Positions 20,550-37,195 of a DNA stretch of 64,000 nucleotides are shown here, in pieces. The translations under genes and the position numbers were made by a program. Origin of the DNA: the human T2T-CHM13v2.0 reference genome, Homo sapiens; NCBI RefSeq assembly GCF_009914755.1, contig NC_060942.1. One strand, 5' to 3'. The number at the start of each line of letters is the position of its first letter. Position 1 is the stretch's first letter. The notes under the pieces were generated by a model, which saw nothing but the letters and a program-made list of their open reading frames with translations, made no database searches and had not been told where the DNA came from.

Positions 20550-21021
20550 CAAGGATCCCCAGTCCCCTGGCCACGTGGCCTGTTAGGAACTGGGCCGGCA
20601 CAACAGGTTGTGAGCCGTGGGCAAGCGAGCATTACCACCTGAGTGCCACCTCCTGTCAGATCAGTGGCGGCATTAGATTCTCGTAGGCTCCCAAAACCTA
20701 TCATGAACTGTGTGTGTGAGGGATCTAGGTCGCATGCTCCTTATGAGAATCTAATGCCTGATGATCTGTCACTGTCTTCCATCACCACCAGATGGGATCA
20801 TCTAGTTGCAGAAAAACAAGTTCAGGGCTCTCACTGATTCTATATTATGGTGCATTGTATAATTATTTTATTATATATTCCAATGCAATAATAATAGAAA
20901 TAAAGTGCACAATAAATGTAATGGGCTTCAGTCATCCTGAAACCATACCCCAACCCTTGGCTGTGGAAAAATTGTCTTCCACGAAACCAGTGCCTGGTGC
21001 CAAAAAGGTTGGGGACTGCTG
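20550..21021 (+). mobile_element. MER1A-like hAT-Charlie element
   Basis: Termini caaggatcccca / tggggactgctg; 8-bp TSD ctttaaag / ctttaaaa; internal gagaatctaatgcctgatgatctg. Confidence 0.85.
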
Positions 21022-21256
21022 CTTTAAAACCACCCAAAATATCACCTCTTGTGTGATGTTGTTTCTGTTTCTTCAGAGTTGCTACATCCTATGAGCTTTT
21101 ATAGTACTTTTTTCCTACTTCTAATGAACATTTATACATTCACAGGTCTGTCTGCATGTCTAGATTGGACTCTCTTTGAGATTAGGGACTGCCTTTATCA
21201 TCATTCCTAGCACAGTTCTCAGTAGTTTCTAGGTGAATACATGAATAAAATAATAA

Positions 21257-21593
<337 letters not shown>

Positions 21594-22349
21594 CTAGATT
21601 TTGCTTTAATAATAATTTATGTTTTACATATTTTGAACATGTTGAGTTGGCATATTGAGTTTGACAGGATGGCATAACACAAAAATGATGTTTCCTAGAT
21701 TTTTCTAGCTTGGGAGCAGCAACTCAGAAAAGACTTCATGGGCAATGATGTAGATGGAGGAGTCACCAGCACAGACGATAGGAAACAACTGATTGGATCC
21801 CATGTTTTTCAGGAATGAACTAAAGAAAGTTAGAACATCTATAAGAAGTGGGGAAAAGATTGTAGTGGGAATTTGGGGTATGCAGGGAGAAAATCCGTAA
21901 AAAACCTTGCTGGAAAAAAACTGTTTGACACTTTTATCTGAGATCCTCTCCCTTCATACCCCATACCCCATATTCCTGGCTGGCTACTTCAACCTCATCT
22001 TATTTATTCTCATTCTTCTTCTCTGTTTTTTGGAGGTGGTGGTGGTGGGGGAGTTTGAGTTTCTGCCCCTTTCGTAATAGCAAGAGAGAATGGGTAAGAT
22101 GGAAATATATATATTTTGTTCCCCTTACAAAATAATCAATACACTGAAAAAGTTTAATTTATTTTTAAGTGAAATGTAACATTTATTCAAATAGGTTTTT
22201 TTCCTTCTTGTCTCTTTCTCCCTCTATTCTACTGTTTTGCTTTCTTAGAGCCTCTAGGAAATATAATACTGCTTTATGTAGATGTTTCTACACAACTGCT
22301 TAACATTTTGAAAACTGGTTAATTCAATTATTTAAAAATTAAAACTGTT

Positions 22350-22667
<318 letters not shown>

Positions 22668-22796
22668 TTATTGTTGGGGATGGCAATAAAATCAAATGGA
22701 AAGGAATAGATATTACATTCTGGGGTATGATAGGTGATAAGTTTCAATAGGCACAGAAAGGTAAGATAACGAAAGTTTTCAAACACTAGGTTGTGA

Positions 22797-23202
<406 letters not shown>

Positions 23203-23498
23203 ATGCAAGCTATTTTAAATAAATTTATCAAATTCATTGGCTTATGATAAAAATAATATATGAATGGGGTATTAAAAACAAGTTATATTTGTAGTCTTTA
23301 CTATGCAAACATCCATAAACTGTACTTGTCACAGTACATTTATCTACAATAAACCTACTGATGTGAAAAGGTATTACTTGTCATGAAAACGTCAATGTTT
23401 TGCAATAGCAAATGTCCAAAGTCAATAATGGTATTAGCAATAATAATAATAAATACAGGGCTTAATTAAGTTTGCAGTGTGCTTTTATATATATATAA

Positions 23499-23789
<291 letters not shown>

Positions 23790-23956
23790 TTTTATATTTT
23801 TAAAGTAACAATTTCATTGTAGAAAATTGGAAAATAATGAGCATAAAGGGAAAAATTTATATTCTATAATCACATCACCCACATAATGTGATTATATCAC
23901 TGTATGAATTTATATCTTATTAAATTATTTTTTCCTTATAGAAATGGGACCATATA

Positions 23957-24255
23957 GTCTGAGCACGATGGCTCACGCCTGTAATCCCAGCACTTTGGGA
24001 GGCCGAGGTGGGCGGATCATGAGGTCAGGAGATTGAGACCATCCTGGCTAACACGGTGAAACCCCGTCTCTACTGAAAATACAAAAAAGTTAGCCGGGCA
24101 TGGTGGCGGGCGCCTGTAGTCCCAGCTATTCAGGAGGCTGAGGCAAGAGAATGGTGTGAACCTGGGAAGCGGAACTTGCAGTGAGCAGAGATCGCATCAC
24201 TGCACTCCAGCCTAGGTGACAAAGTGAGACTCTGTCTCAAAAAAAAAAAAAGAAG
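23957..24255 (+). mobile_element. Alu (AluY-like)
   Basis: TSD agaaatgggaccatat. Confidence 0.95.
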
Positions 24256-24684
24256 AAAGAAATGGGACCATATTGCTTTTATAACATATTTTCCATTTAA
24301 TGTATTGTAAATACATATCTATGTCAAAAATATAGTATGATAGTGTTTCACTTACGGATGGATTTGTAAGTATTAACCGAGACAGGGTATGCAAGGTACA
24401 TGGCAGGTACTCAATAGTAGCAGCTATTACTGTTACTAGAATATGCTTAACCATTTCTCTATTGATGGAATATTTGTTCTCAAGGGTGGGGGTACTAATG
24501 TTTTACTTTATTATATATATAATAGACATTAGCTCCTCAGGAACATTTTTCTTAGCTGATTCTTTTTTCATTTTATTTGTTTTAGGTGTGTAATATACAG
24601 ATGTTTTATATTTTCACTAGTCAACTATGTCAGCCTTTGTGATTTCTAGGTTAAGAAAGCTAAACTTTCACTATAACATAATAA

Positions 24685-25152
<468 letters not shown>

Positions 25153-25362
25153 TAATTCTTTCGTAATTGTTATTCTTAAAATTGTTGATCATTATTTTAG
25201 GATCATTAAATGAGTAATTTGTCCTTCCCTTTATTATTTTATAATGCCTCAATTGTCACATAAGAATTCTTATAAATAATAAAGTTTTTCAGACTGTCAC
25301 CATTGAGCTTTTCATTTTTGTGCCAATCTGATACGTTAGATTATTATTCAAAAAATAGTTTT

Positions 25363-25495
25363 GCCCAGGTATGGTAGCTCATGCCTGCAGTCCCAACACT
25401 TAGGGAGGCAGAGGTGGGAGGATAGCGTGAGCCCAGTTATTAGAGACCAGCCTGGGCAACATATTGAGACCCAGTTTTCAACAACAACAAGAAGT
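25363..25495 (+). mobile_element. Alu monomer (FLAM-like)
   Basis: Left arm only; TSD aaaaaatagttt. Confidence 0.8.
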
Positions 25496-25499
25496 TTAA

Positions 25500-26060
25500 A
25501 AAAATAGTTTGAGTGCCTCTTATGTTGGTGGGTACTACAGTAGGTGCTGTGATTTCAGAATAGGCAAAAACAGAAAAACATAATTTTTGCTTTCATGGAG
25601 TTTAGAATATAATAGGGAAGATAAACATTAATCATACAGATTATCATGCAGCTTAAAAGTGAGTTAATTGTTAGGAGGGAGATGAACAAGGTTCTATGAG
25701 AGCTTTTAGCAAAGGACGGAGGGAGTCAAAGATGGCTTCCATTAGGAGCCATGCTTGAGTTGAAATCTAAAGGGCAAAAGAAGTTTAAATAGACAAAAGT
25801 AAAAGATGGGGTGGGTGGTATTTCAGGCAGAGGGAATGTAAGCATTTAAAGGTTGATCAGTGTTGCTGGAACACAGCATTTAGGAAGAGAACATTGCAAG
25901 ATAAGGCTGGAGAGATGTGCAGGGATACTTAGGATGTTGATTTTTTTCCTGAGAGAAATGTAAAATCTCGAAGGCTTTTAGCAAAGGGTTAGCATGATTG
26001 CATTTGCATTGTAATGCAGAGAAGTGATTGGAAGGTGCTAGAGAGGAGGCAAGGAGGACA
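25500..26060 (-). mobile_element. L2 fragment
   Basis: ttgagtgcctcttatg..gctttcatggagtttagaat, atgcttgagttgaaatctaaagg, tttcaggcagagggaa motifs. Confidence 0.6.
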
Positions 26061-26064
26061 ATTA

Positions 26065-26640
<576 letters not shown>

Positions 26641-27008
26641 GACTAAACCCTGTGGAACACTAACATTTAGGAAATTGAGAAGCAGCCTATGGATACAGGA
26701 AAACCAGAAAAGCAATGAGATGAAATCCAGCAGAAGGGAAGGAAGTTTCAGAAATCTACTCAAAGGCATGTTAGATGAGAACTGAAAAATGTTCACTGGA
26801 TTTAGTGACACGGATTTATTGACCCAGAGTTCTTTCTTTATGACATGGTTTAATGTGGTTCTTACTCACCTCCCCTTATAATCTTCTTGAAAAGATTTTT
26901 TTCTTGTCTTAAATTATCTTCCTTGTGAACTTATAAATGTTTTTGTAAAGTTCCATGAAAATTCTACTGAGATTTAATTAGAATTGTGTTGTTTCTAATT
27001 TTGTATGA

Positions 27009-27339
<331 letters not shown>

Positions 27340-27940
27340 TATTCCTTCTAACTGAAATTTTGTGTGTTTTGACCAACATCTCAACCTATTCCCAGTCCAG
27401 CCCCTGATAACTGTCATTTGACTTTCTGCTTCAATGAGTTTGACTTTTTAAGATTCCATATATAATTGAGATTATACAGTATTTGTCTTTCTGTGCCTGG
27501 TTATTTCACTTAATATAATATCCTTCAGGTTCATCAATGTTGTTCCAAATAACAGGATTTCATTCTTTTTAAAGACTGAATAGTATTCCATTGTGTATAT
27601 ATACCACATTTTCCTTGTACATACATCTGTTGATGGACACTTAAGTTGATTTCATAACTTCGCTATTATGAATAATGCTGTAGTGACCAGGGGGGTGCAC
27701 ATATTTATTCAGGATCCCAGTATCATTTCTTTTGGATACATACCCAGTAGTGGAATTGCTGGACCATATGGTAGTTCTGGTTTTAATTTTTTGAGAAACC
27801 TCCATACTGTTTTCTGTAATGGCTGTACCAATTTACATTCTCACCAACATGGTGCAAGAGTTTCCTTTTTTCTACATCCTCTCCAACACCTGTTATCTTT
27901 CATCTTTTTTATAATAGCCATTCTAACAGATATGAGGTGA

Positions 27941-28408
<468 letters not shown>

Positions 28409-29336
28409 TACTTGAGTTATTTATAGTTTGGATTTTAACCCCTAATTAGATGTATGGTTTGCAAGCATTTTCTCCTATCCTGTATGTTGGCTCTTCGCCC
28501 TGTTGATTGTTTCCTTGGCTGTGCAGAAGCTGTTTAATTTGATGCAATCTCATTTGTCTGTTTTTGCTTTTACTGCCTGTGCTTTTGGAGTCATAGTCAA
28601 AAAAATCATTGTCCAGACCAATGTCATGAGCTTTTCCCATGTTTTCGTCTAGTAGTTTTATAGCTTCAGGTCTTATATTTAAGTCTATTTTGAGTTGATT
28701 TTTCTATATGATGTAAGGATCTAATTTCATTGTTTTGCACCTGAATATTCAGTTTTCCAAGCATCAGTTATTGAAGAGACTGTTCTTCCCCATTGTGTGT
28801 TCTTGGCCTCTTTCTTGACAATCAGTTGACCATAAATGCGTGGATTAATTTTGGGGGCTTTCTGTTCTGTTCCATTGGTCTATTTTTATGCCAGTACCAT
28901 GCTTTTTTGATTATTATAGCTTTGTAGTAAATAATTGAAATCAGGTAGTATGATGCCTCCAGCTTTGTTCTTTTTGCTCAAGATTGCTTTGGCTATTTGG
29001 GGTCTTTTGTTGTTCCATATAAATTTTACGATTATTTTTTCTATTTCTGAGAAAAATGTGTTGGAATTTTGATAGGAATTGCATTGAATCTGAAGACTGC
29101 TTTGGGTAATATGGGCATTTAAACAATATTCATTTTTTAAATCCATAAACACAAGATATCTTTCCATTTATTTGTGTCTTCAATTAATGTTTTATAGTTT
29201 TCAGTGTACAGACCTTTCACCTCCTTGGTTAAATGTATTCCTAAATTTTTTTTTTATTTTGTAGCTATTATAAATAAGATTTTTTTCCATTTCTTTTTTG
29301 GATAATTTGTGGTTAGCATATAGAAATGCTGATTTT

Positions 29337-29937
29337 TGAGGAAAAACAGTTATTGTATGTTCTCTTTATTTATTTATGTAGAGACGGAGTCTTGCTCTAT
29401 CACCCAGGCTAGAGTGGAGTGGAGTGCAGTCGTGAGATCTCAGCTCGCTGCAAGCTCCGCCTCCTGGGTTCAAGCGATTCTCCTGCCTCAGCCTCCTGAG
29501 TAGCTGGGACTACAGGCGCCTGCCACCACACCCGGCTAATTTTTTGTATTTTTAGTGGAGATGGGGTTTCACTGTGTTAGCCAGTATGGTCTTGATCTCC
29601 TGACCTCGTGATCCGCCCACCTCGGCCTCCCAAAGTGCTGGGATTACAGGCATGAGCCACCGCGCCCAGCCTGTTCTCACTTATAAGTGTCAGCTAAGCT
29701 GTGAGGACACAAAGGTGTAAGAATAATATAATGGACTTTGGGGGAAAGGTTGGGAGTGGGGGTGAAAGATAAAAGACTACACATTGGGTAGCGTGTACAC
29801 TGCTCAGGTGACGGGTGCACCGAAATCGCAGAAATCACCACTAAAGAACTTATTTATGTAACCAGAAACTACCTGCTCACTAAAAACTGTTGAAATAAAA
29901 TGAAAAGATAATAACTTCACAGAATAAAAGAAAAAGA
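29337..29937 (+). mobile_element. 5'-truncated L1PB-like 3' end inserted in the older L1
   Basis: aaaagactacacattgggta..gtgtacactgctc..gaaatcaccactaaagaactta; 15-bp TSD agaaatgctgatttt at 29322-29336 and 29938-29952. Confidence 0.85.
29365..29671 (-). mobile_element. Alu inside the L1PB fragment
   Basis: Antisense dimer; TSD tgttctc. Confidence 0.95.
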
Positions 29938-30229
29938 AGAAATGCTGATTTTGTATGTTGATTTTGTATCAACTTTACTGAATTCGTTTATTAGTTCTAA
30001 CAATTGTTTGGTGGAATCTTAAGGTTTTCTATGTACAAGATCATGTCATCTGCAGAGACCACCATAAATGTTTTCAATCTAGAAGTGTATTACTTTTATC
30101 TTCATTTTATGGATAAGGAAATGGCGGCCCAGGGAAGATAGGTGTCTTGGCCATGGTTACTCGGGCAGATTTGGGAACTGCACAACTTGAGTATCCAAAT
30201 ATTTTCATGCTACATTAATAAGAAATCAG

Positions 30230-30535
<306 letters not shown>

Positions 30536-31274
30536 CTACTCAGTCAAGTCTTATTCAAGTTAGTATTCCCTTAGGTATCACTTTCTTTGGTATTAGACTT
30601 CAAAGTGATAATATACATTTTATAGCACATTTCCAGTTTTTAGCATTGTCATTTTGAAGTATAGTGTCACGACTTGAGGAACTGCGTCTCATCTCCATTC
30701 AGTTCTCCTAAGACTTGATTCCTACCAGACAGGAACTGCTTCTTCTTTGAGGTCTAAATAGCACTTAACAGTCTATTGCACTGAATAAATACTTAATGAA
30801 GATTGGATATTTCCTCTGTGGTACATCAATTACTCTTGTTGACTGTTGAGGAAAGCTTCTTTTTGTTATGGTTGTTTTCATGAAGTAGGTTAAGAAATTT
30901 GTTTTCTTGAATATTGTTACTAATGCCAGTTTAGATATTTGTGTCATCTCAAATATATCATCTCAAATGTGTCATCTGAGAGTCACTGATCTGGTTGCAT
31001 GCAATAAAGTAATTTGGTAGGAGGGTTGTTTTTTCTGGAATTTGTGGTATTTAGGGCTCTGAAAATGAAAAACATTTGCTAATGTGGTATAAGGATGTTT
31101 GTGGTGTATTTTTTAATGGAAGAAATATAACTTTTATTGATAAATACTTCCAAAATTGTGAATAATTCTTTCAGTTGACAGTTATATTTCTTGTATTTTA
31201 AACTATCAGTCATATATTTATTTTTCTTATTTTTAAGCTTTCTTAACTTAAAACAAAGGGTTTTTGTTTTTGTT

Positions 31275-31580
<306 letters not shown>

Positions 31581-34316
31581 TGACTGATATTAGGATTAAA
31601 TGAAATACATATATCTTTGCCTATGGAGTCTCTAAACTTATGAATTTAGTGAAATAGCTTGAACATTTTCAACTGGTAAAATTAGATCACTATAGTTGAA
31701 TCATTTGGTGCAAAGTGTTAATGTGACATTGAGATAGAATTTATCAGACTCAATTAGAAAAACTCCTCTCATTTAAATAAAACAAAAAATTGAATACGTA
31801 GAGAAAAGGTTATACATGCTTTTTATTCTCTTTCCATTTTAGAAAGCAAATGAACATAATTATGAAATAGGTAAGTCATGCCTAATGATAAAATATCCTC
31901 CATTTTTAAGGAATAATTTCACTGTGTTTCACATTTGGTGACTTCTGGGATCTATATTTCCATTTAAATAACTGTTGACATTGTTGGAAAATTGGTGAGT
32001 GTATGTGATGACAGTTACAGTACATATTGGATAACAAGGGTAGAATAAATCAGTTAAGTCGTGGTGGTCTGTTATCTATTTTTAGGTCTTTTTGACCCAG
32101 GAGTCTGTGACCTATGAAATCTCCACTTTTTTGGATTTGTTAAGGTATTTTACAATGCAAAGATTTAAATTTAGATGAGTACCACACTGAAGGATACTGG
32201 CTAATGTGGTCCAAAACATAAAGGATATCAAAGTATACACTGGGAAAAGCTTGTGAAGTTCCGATAACGTATGTGAGAAGAGAGAGGCTACAGTTAAGGA
32301 AGTTTCTTTTCTGCTCTAACTTATAACAAAGAGAATCTGAAATTTAAGCTGGTATTTGCCATGCTCTGAGTACTCAGCAGCATGCCATTTTGTGAAATTA
32401 TTGCTGAGAAAATGTACCCAAATCTTGAGTACAGAGTGTTCCTGCATCTGATTGGAAGGGGCACATGAATTGTTTCTAAGGTATTGCAGACCCAAGGCTG
32501 CACAAATTAAGGTGGAGACTTGGGGGAGGGATCCAGTCAGGGAAGGGAAGCTTCCTAGACATTACAGCTCTGTCCAGAGGCCAAATGGGAGATAAATCAC
32601 CACTGGCCACCTCTCTTATTATTGAAATGGTACAGCCCTGGGGTTTAACTGAAGGACTGACAGGGTTTTGAAGTGCAAATAGAATGGTGAAGAGTAAACC
32701 CTTTTAGGGTTTCATTTTGATGGATTTTTTTTTCCTGTGTGGATTTCTGGTACAGACTGTGATCTGGAAGGGGCCCTTAAAAAAAAAAAAGTTTTGTTTT
32801 TGATCAGTCAGACAATAAGAACTTTCCACAGGGATGTACTTTTCTAGCATGCATATTGATTCTATTGTGTTTTAAAGTAGATCATTTAATTGGATCTTTT
32901 TTTGAGCCTTCTGCAGTGGAGCTGTCATTTCAAGGTCACTTCTCTTTCTTGTTATTAATGCCAGAGTTTGAAAGTGTTGAATGATGTGGTAGTTTTGGAT
33001 TAATAGATTGTGGGAGATTACTTAGGGCCAGTGTGTATAAGGCTTTGTTTATAAAGTCTCCTAGTTAAAGATCCAGTCCATATTAGAACAAGTATTTTAT
33101 ATAAGTGTTCTATAATTATTTAATCTTTTTTCTATTGTGATATGATTTTACATACTCATTTTATTATTTTGTATGTATTCTACTTTGCCAGCCTTAAAAA
33201 AAAACCCAGAAAATTCTGAGATTATGAAATATTATACTGTTATTTATGAAAGATACATTGAAGTGTTTGAGGAAATAAGAGAGACATAAAAATGTTTAAG
33301 TAACTGATATGTTGATTTATATAAGTTGAAATTTTTTTAACCTCCTCCCCACAAGTAATTCAATCACAGGAGACAAAATATATTTTAAAATTTGTGTTTT
33401 TTTTGGAAAGTGGGGAGGAGAGGAGTCATTAGTAACCCCAAAGAAAAATGATTGTAGCATAACTTAAAGACTTTGTGTGCAAACATTTTAGAGAAAAAAA
33501 TATTTTTATTAAAGAAATGCCATTATAAGTATTTAGATTTCTTCTTAGAAATATTGTCAATGGAAATTTTCTTAAGCATTTTGGCTCTTTTCTTTAGATG
33601 TAACATAAATATTTGTATCATTTGCCCTTTTTGAGAAGAATAATGTATTTAGCTCCAACAGAGGTTTTCCTGTGTTGCTCGATATCTATTCTAAAAACGG
33701 GTTGTTAATCTCCATAATTGGCATTGACCACATGATGTTCTTAATTGACCTCCAGGTTAGTTTTTGTTTTTATGTTCTTCGAAATTTCCCCTTCACTGTA
33801 TTTGTCTGAATGTTAGAGTTATATTTACTTCCTATTCTGTCTGATAGTTTTAAATAAGATGTTTTAAACAACAGTCACAACGAAAGTCCTAGAACCTAGA
33901 TGGCATCAAGCAGAGTCTCCTGCATCTACAGCTTCCCTGTCATTAGTTTGTTGCTGGGAGATGTTAATATGACCTTTCCTTTGTTAGAAAAGAGCTGTGC
34001 AGCCCTTCCCAGAATCCTCTTGTAAAATGTCTTTTTAACCCAAGTTGGAGGTTGTCTGATGAATGGTTGGCTTTTTCAAATGTGCTGCACATATTGTTGA
34101 CATTGTCACAGGTTGCTTTTTAATTTCTAATGTGTTTTTAATTTGCAAAGCATGCATGTGCCTTTCACCGCAGTAGAATTGAGTCAGCATTTCTGAGTCC
34201 AGATATTAAGAGTCAGGCTTAAGAATGCTGTATGGTAGACTTAGATTTCCTGAAACACTTGTGAATGAATTTCACTTTGAATATTGATGAATAAAAGAAG
34301 ATACTTGAGAAAGGCT

Positions 34317-34440
34317 CCCCCTGCCCCCACTCCGCCTCCCCCCCGCCCCCCCCCCCCCCACACACACAAGAACTCCTCCTGCCTATTGGTGAGTGAATTG
34401 CCCCGATATAAAAGCATTGGGTGGGGAAAAGTGAGTTACA
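34317..34440 (+). promoter_or_regulatory. Candidate internal promoter (GC box, inverted CCAAT, TATA)
   Basis: C-rich tract with CCCCGCCCC (34341-34349), ATTGG (34385-34389), TATAAAAG (34407-34414) in canonical order; motif evidence only. Confidence 0.4.
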
Positions 34441-37085
34441 GAGTGAAAAGGCAATCCACAAATAATCACTCTTTTCTGCCTTTGATTGTGTCAGATTTTT
34501 TTTGTGTGTGTGGCAATTGTTTTCTTTTTTGCTTAGAAGAGGTTTATGGTCCAATGTCTGTCAAGTCAGCCCCTGTCTTAAGCTTGCAGTTGTATTTCTC
34601 TCTGGAGTTCCTGGAGGTGATGTTATCTTTTGTTCACTCAGCAGTGTGGTCGTTTCTGAGAGCATCTGTCACTTTAGGCATTACAAGATGGATGGGTCTC
34701 CAGTGAACTGCTGGTTGAAGCAAATGGTGAAAATAAGAAAATCAAGGGGTTTCAGGGTCTGCAGAGGGGACAGACAACAAGGAAACACTGTTAGAAATCA
34801 AGAGTAAGCTGAGCAATAGAGGAAGAGAGCAAAGATGGATCAGATGTCATTTTATAAACATCTTGGAAATCAGAATCTTTTGGTGGCTTTCGTGATCTGA
34901 GGGAGACATCTGCATCATGGTAAACAATTCCATGCTTTGGATTTGCAAAATGTGTTTGAATATATATTTTTTAATCTTGATAAAGTATTGGGAAATAATC
35001 ATAATGATACAGAATATATTATGTGAGGATTTTGCTGTTTGGAGAATTAGTAGTCTTTTAAATGTTTTAAAGATTAAATTAGAAATCTAACCTTAAAATT
35101 TTTGTTTTTTCTTTTTTTCTTTCCTTCCTCTTTTTTTCTAAATTTTCTTTTTGTAAACAAGTGAGCAAGCATAGACATTAAAATGAAAAGTTTTGGCCAC
35201 ATAACTAATATTCTTATTGTTTACTAAATGCTTTTTGGCACTTTTGTAGAGGAATTCTGAAAATTCAGTGCTCAGGCTTTTGGGAGGCTGGGGACAGATT
35301 TTAAGTTATTTTCAGTAACCTTCAACTTAAGGGGCTCTTTGGTCAAAAAAAGAAATATAATTGTTATTGATCTGTCAGAACAAGTTGGAGATTTGTATTG
35401 TATTTAGAAATTTATTTTGTTGGTGAAGGTCAAAATTTATAAATCCTGGCTAATACAAAGTCCCTCCTGTGAAAGACAAGGAACAGGAAGGAGGTTGGCC
35501 AGGGAGTAAGAAAGGAGAAGAGGGGGCAATATGATTGCAAAAAAAAAAAATGATTTTGTCAAACTTCTTGGCATTTGTCTATTAAAAAGACCATAGGTTG
35601 AAAGGCAAAGAAATTAAGATGATTAGAAGCTTTAAGCTATACAAATGGTTGAGTATCTTCCTTCTCTATGGATGTAAATAATAGATGAAAGAGTAAGAGT
35701 GACAACAAAGGATCAGGTCGTTTAAGAGAATGTGTGCAGCCTGAATAGGGGTCTGTGGCCCAGGGCCAAAGGTCTTAGCTTTGAGTGTAATTAGAAGAAA
35801 ATACAAAAATGTCATTACTAACAGGTGAAGTGTGCAGCACGTGGCCAAAAATTAGCAATTTTAGACTCTGAAGCTATTGGAATTAGATTACTGACTTTTT
35901 TTTTTTTTTTAATCATTAGGGTCCTTGTGGAGTAATATAGTTTCATTGGCAGTAATGCAGTTTGACCTTGTTGACCATATGGGGTAATCTTGGGTTTGGA
36001 TGTAGGTAGCAAGGCTCCTGCTGACTTAGGAAAAGATGTCTATTTATGTGTGGGCGGGTGGGATATATGTGAGTTTGAAAACCTAGACCTTCCATTTTTA
36101 ATTATTATTTTGCCTGAAGACATTCTTCTGACAGTAAGAGGTAAGATAAATATTTTTATTCGAAAAATCTAAAATTTTTTTTCTTTCAAGTCGGCATAAG
36201 AGAAAAGTAAAATGAAAAAAACCATTTTTAGACAACATAAATTAATTTTACTTCAAATATTTTAGTTATATAGATATTTATATTGAAGTTAGTTTCTTAG
36301 GAAAATCCTCTTTTGTTTTCTTTTTAAACAAAGTAACAAAGGACTAGAAATGCTTCTATGTTATCTATAAAAATCAATGACAAGTAGTTTTCATTTCACT
36401 TTATGTTTTACAACTATATTTCCTATTTTCCCATGCAGTAGTTTATATTGACCATAATCTATTTAGAGGAGAGATGAACATGCATACTATACTTTTCAAC
36501 CAATTATATGCAATTATAATTATTTAGTTTAATATCTTCTAGGAATACATTACTCAGAAGGGTAAGAAACAATAGCTCTTGTTCTTTTTGCAGGCTTTCT
36601 TACTGGAAAATTTTCAATCAATAGTAATTATGTTTTACGTTTTTGATAGTTCTTTGAGTAGATAAATTTGGGCCGGGTATCAGGGATTATTACTCCTAAA
36701 TTCCTTAGATAAGAAAATTACCTTCCACTAATTTCATTCCTAAAAGTAGTCTGTTGGCTTTTGATATTATGGTAACATCTGCCATAAATGCAGACTTGAC
36801 AGACTTATTCAACTTACTTTTAGTGGGGGAAATCATAAGAACAACAGAAATTATCTTTGAGTATATATAATTAGGAGTAATTATTTTGAGACTATTGAGA
36901 AAAGTGGAGTATCTGTATATTTGCTCATTATAATGTATATGGAGTTGGAAAGTGTGAGACTTTGATAATTTCTAACTGTGATTTTCATGGAATTATAAAT
37001 ATTTAGATTATTATATTATAGAATATGTATTTGGAAATTAACTCATGTCTTTATGTATATATTTTTATTTTTTATGTTTTTGCAG

Positions 37086-37195
37086 GTGCACAAAAAGCTT
37101 TAAACAAGTTAAAATCTAGGCAACAGACTCCCTGAAGTGTTGACTGCCCAACTTAATCATGACTGTGATTCAAAAATGTTAATAAATAAACCAAG
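37086..37195 (+). other. GREB1L: Non-coding 5'UTR exon of GREB1L (110 nt)
   Basis: Long T-rich tract then GCAG acceptor (AG 37084-37085); donor AAG|GTATTG at 37195/37196; size agrees with my unverified recollection of the GREB1L c.-119..-10 exon. Confidence 0.8.

Noticed and set aside
30943-30977. 14-bp tandem tcatctcaaat units (similar 18-19-bp duplication at 63602-63640)
   Set aside because: Ordinary slippage duplications; no spacers, not CRISPR-like
34219-34807. Overlapping 100-140 aa ORFs with poly-Pro or poly-Gly
   Set aside because: Composition comes from the C-tract; no recognisable protein
37181-37190. AATAAA hexamers inside the 5'UTR exon
   Set aside because: Adjacent to a donor where U1 would suppress cleavage; common in AT-rich DNA
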